Assembly (NCBI GenBank): GCA_965223415.1
Contig: OZ245002.1
Span: 320,001 to 384,000, forward strand
DNA length: 64,000 nt
Source of the DNA: Myxococcota bacterium
GTDB lineage: Bacteria; Myxococcota_A; UBA9160; UBA6930
Direction: 5' to 3'
The notes beneath the pieces are model-generated. The model was given only the letters and a program-made list of their open reading frames with translations. It searched no databases and was not told where the DNA came from. Within the stretch, counting starts at the first letter, position 1. Every line of letters starts with the position of its first letter. The translations under genes and the position numbers were made by a program. This document shows positions 61,811 to 64,000 of the stretch, piece by piece.

Positions 61811-62842
61811 TCAGGAGGCGAACAGGCTGGCCAGGGCGGGGGCCAGGCCGCGGACCTCGGCGGCGCGGTAGGGGGAGGTCTGGGGGAGCTCGCGGCACAG
61901 GGCGCGGTGGACGTGGCCGAGGCTGTGGTAGGGGAGCGTCGGGGCGAAGTGGTGGAGCGCGTGGTAGCGCAGACCGACCGGAGCCAGGAGCGCCATCACC
62001 GGCGCGGGGTGCACGAGGTTCACGGTGTCGAGCAGCTCGCCGATGCGGTCCTGGGGCTCGCCGCCGCTCCGGTAGCGGTGGGCGGCCAGCGTGCGCACGT
62101 GGTTGAGCCACAGGATGGCAGCGGTGACCGCGTACCACTGGACGAGCGCGATGCCCGGGAGCGCGCCGGAGGCGAAGCTGGCGATCGCCGCCACTACCAC
62201 CACGCTGCAGCCGAGCTCGCCGATCCACCAACGCCGGCGTTGGCGCCCGAGCGGCGACCGACGACGATACGCCGCGTTGATCACCAGGGTCGAGAGGCGC
62301 TCCACCAGGAAGCGACGCAACGGCGGGACGAGCCAGGAGAGGGGGCCCAGGAGGCCCCAGCGCAGCACGAGCGCCGCCGGCACCAGCACCAGGCCGAGGG
62401 AGCTCGCCACGAGCCGCAGCGCACTCCAGTCCGCCAGCGTCTCGTACTCCGGGTCCCCGGCGGTGCCGTACACGCCCTTGCGATGGTGGTCGCCGTGGGA
62501 GCCGAAGTAGAGCAGGCTCGGAGCCAGCAGGGGAAAGCCCACCAGCAGGTGCCAGGCCGCCTCGAAGCCCGGCAGGGCCCCGCGCTTGAGGTGGGCGAGC
62601 TCGTGGATGAAGAGGACGGCCCGGTAGAGGCCGAGCACCGCGCAGGTGCCAGCCGCCAGCGCGCCGATCGAGAACGGCGGCAGCCCCAGCGCCAGGAAGA
62701 ACCCGCCCCACCCCACCGCGACCGAGAGCAGCAGGTCGGCCCAGTAGAAGCCGGGCCGCGGCAGGAAGGCGTCGCGATGGGCGCGGCGCAGCGCACCGAT
62801 CGAGAGCGCGGGATCGGGCACCGGAGTGGGTGACGTGGGCAC
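61811..62842 (-). CDS. Membrane fatty acid desaturase family protein
   Basis: His boxes HELAH, HGDHH and HALHH. Confidence 0.9.
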   Translation of the reverse strand: MPTSPTPVPDPALSIGALRRAHRDAFLPRPGFYWADLLLSVAVGWGGFFLALGLPPFSIGALAAGTCAVLGLYRAVLFIHELAHLKRGALPGFEAAWHLLVGFPLLAPSLLYFGSHGDHHRKGVYGTAGDPEYETLADWSALRLVASSLGLVLVPAALVLRWGLLGPLSWLVPPLRRFLVERLSTLVINAAYRRRSPLGRQRRRWWIGELGCSVVVVAAIASFASGALPGIALVQWYAVTAAILWLNHVRTLAAHRYRSGGEPQDRIGELLDTVNLVHPAPVMALLAPVGLRYHALHHFAPTLPYHSLGHVHRALCRELPQTSPYRAAEVRGLAPALASLFAS

Positions 62843-62896
62843 GAAGAGCTCCTGGACGGCCGCAGCATAGGAACTTTCCCCGGGCGGATCCGCCCG

Positions 62897-63652
62897 TCAG
62901 CCCCGCATGTACCAGCCACCGCTCACGTTCAGCACCTCGCCGGTGACGAAGCTCGACTGCTCCGACACCAGGAAGGCGACCGCGTTGGCCACGTCCTCCG
63001 GCTCGCCGAGGCGGCGCATCGGAGTCCGCTCGACCTCTCCGTCGAAGCTGCTCTCGTACTTCTTGACGAACTTCGAGCGGATGATGCCCGGGGCCACCGC
63101 GTTGCAGCGCACGCCGTGGGGCCCCGCCTCGAGGGCGATGCTCCGGGTGAGCGAGTGGAGGGCGGCCTTGGCCGCCGCGTAGGGGCCCTCCCGGGCGTTG
63201 CCGATGAATGCCGCCACCGAGGTCACGTTCACGATGGATCCGAAGCCCCGCTCCATCATCCCCGGCAGCACCCGCCGGATCAGCCGGAAGCATCCGTTCA
63301 GGTCCGCCTCCATCACCGTGTCCCAGTCGTCGAAAGCGTACTCGCTCACCGGCACCAGCACGTTCAGGGCGGCGTTGTTCACCAGCACGTCCACGGGACC
63401 GAGCTCGGCGGTCACCTGCTCGAGGGCCGCGTCGATGCTCTCCCGGCTGCCGACGTCGAGGAGGTAGCCGCCGACCCGGGGGCCGTGGACGTCGGCGAGC
63501 GCCGCGACCACGTCCTTCGTCCGCCGCTCGTGGACGTCGGTGACGGCGACGCTCGCGCCCTCCCGGAGCAGCCGGCGCGCGATCGCCTGGCCGGCGCCGT
63601 CCCCCGCTGCGCCGGTCACCAGCGCCACGCGACCCTCGAGCTCGCCGCTCAA
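62897..63652 (-). CDS. Short-chain dehydrogenase/reductase
   Basis: TGAAGDGAG, NNAA, YAAAK, NAVAPG. Confidence 0.92.
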   Translation of the reverse strand: MSGELEGRVALVTGAAGDGAGQAIARRLLREGASVAVTDVHERRTKDVVAALADVHGPRVGGYLLDVGSRESIDAALEQVTAELGPVDVLVNNAALNVLVPVSEYAFDDWDTVMEADLNGCFRLIRRVLPGMMERGFGSIVNVTSVAAFIGNAREGPYAAAKAALHSLTRSIALEAGPHGVRCNAVAPGIIRSKFVKKYESSFDGEVERTPMRRLGEPEDVANAVAFLVSEQSSFVTGEVLNVSGGWYMRG

Positions 63653-64000
63653 GCGGGCCGCACCAGGCCCAGGGCGTTGTCGCGCATGATGCGACGCACG
63701 TCCTCCGCCGGCATGCGCTCGATCTCCTCGGCGAACTGTCGGGGCTCCGCCAGCCCCTCGGCGTGGGGGAAGTCGGAGCCGAACACGATCTGGGAGGTGC
63801 CCACGGCCCGGGCCAGCTCGTAGATGTCCTCTTCGTGGTAGGGCGCGACGAAGACGTGCCGGCGCAGGATCGCGCTGGGCTTCTCGGTGATGCGCCCGCC
63901 GGGCCAGGGCCCGTTGCGCCCCATGCCCCCCATCTTGTCCATCACCTGCATCAGGTAGGGCACGAAGAGCGAGCCGTTCTCCACGCTCACGACCCGCACG
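63649..64000 (-). CDS. Amidohydrolase family protein, C-terminal part; truncated at the window edge
   Basis: SVENG, FGSDFPHAEG, IMRDNA. Confidence 0.85.
   Translation of the reverse strand, partial: VRVVSVENGSLFVPYLMQVMDKMGGMGRNGPWPGGRITEKPSAILRRHVFVAPYHEEDIYELARAVGTSQIVFGSDFPHAEGLAEPRQFAEEIERMPAEDVRRIMRDNALGLVRPA

Overview
Very GC-rich, gene-dense 64-kb bacterial window. Gene content suggests a Myxococcota-like diderm, but this is inference only. I found no rRNA, tRNA, CRISPR array or mobile element. Most ORFs in the supplied track are GC-rich antisense or shadow frames, and about 50 real CDS are supported. (1) 1-24.2 kb is housekeeping and lipid metabolism: a PBP1B fragment, a secreted lipase-like protein, a thiolase-like protein, P450, LysM/BON, HDOD, GST, SDR, esterase, TesB, aminotransferase, and an RND pump with a PsrA-like TetR and tandem operator boxes. 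(2) 24.2-45.6 kb is a large exported redox locus. One part is a three-gene module: a Tat-exported DUF1501-like protein, a 1.7-kaa protein (heme c / 7 Ig-like repeats / heme c / LamG) and a monoheme protein. Next to it is a complete-looking porin-cytochrome conduit resembling the putative PCC3 systems: an 11-heme cytochrome, a SPOR/TPR-fused beta-barrel, a membrane-anchored, apparently circularly permuted 2x[4Fe-4S] NAD(P)H flavoprotein, a Sel1/ankyrin protein, a 21-heme cytochrome and a His-X13-His x2 cytochrome b-like membrane protein. A shared 14-bp motif (GTGACGTCYGACAC) lies in two of its intergenic regions. At the right end is a DUF6502/DUF5666 pair with a palindrome (CGTGGGAA-N3-TTCCCACG) present three times, a candidate operator for an uncharacterised regulator family. 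(3) 45.7-62.8 kb is a lipid head-group synthesis and export cluster resembling the Caulobacter phosphosphingolipid genes. It has fused LptF-LptG, an MsbA-like ABC transporter, three nucleotidyltransferase-fold proteins, two CDP-alcohol phosphotransferases, a DAG/ceramide kinase, a phosphoesterase, glycosyltransferases, a 2OG-Fe(II) oxygenase and a desaturase. All family calls come from motif recognition by eye; no database searches were run.
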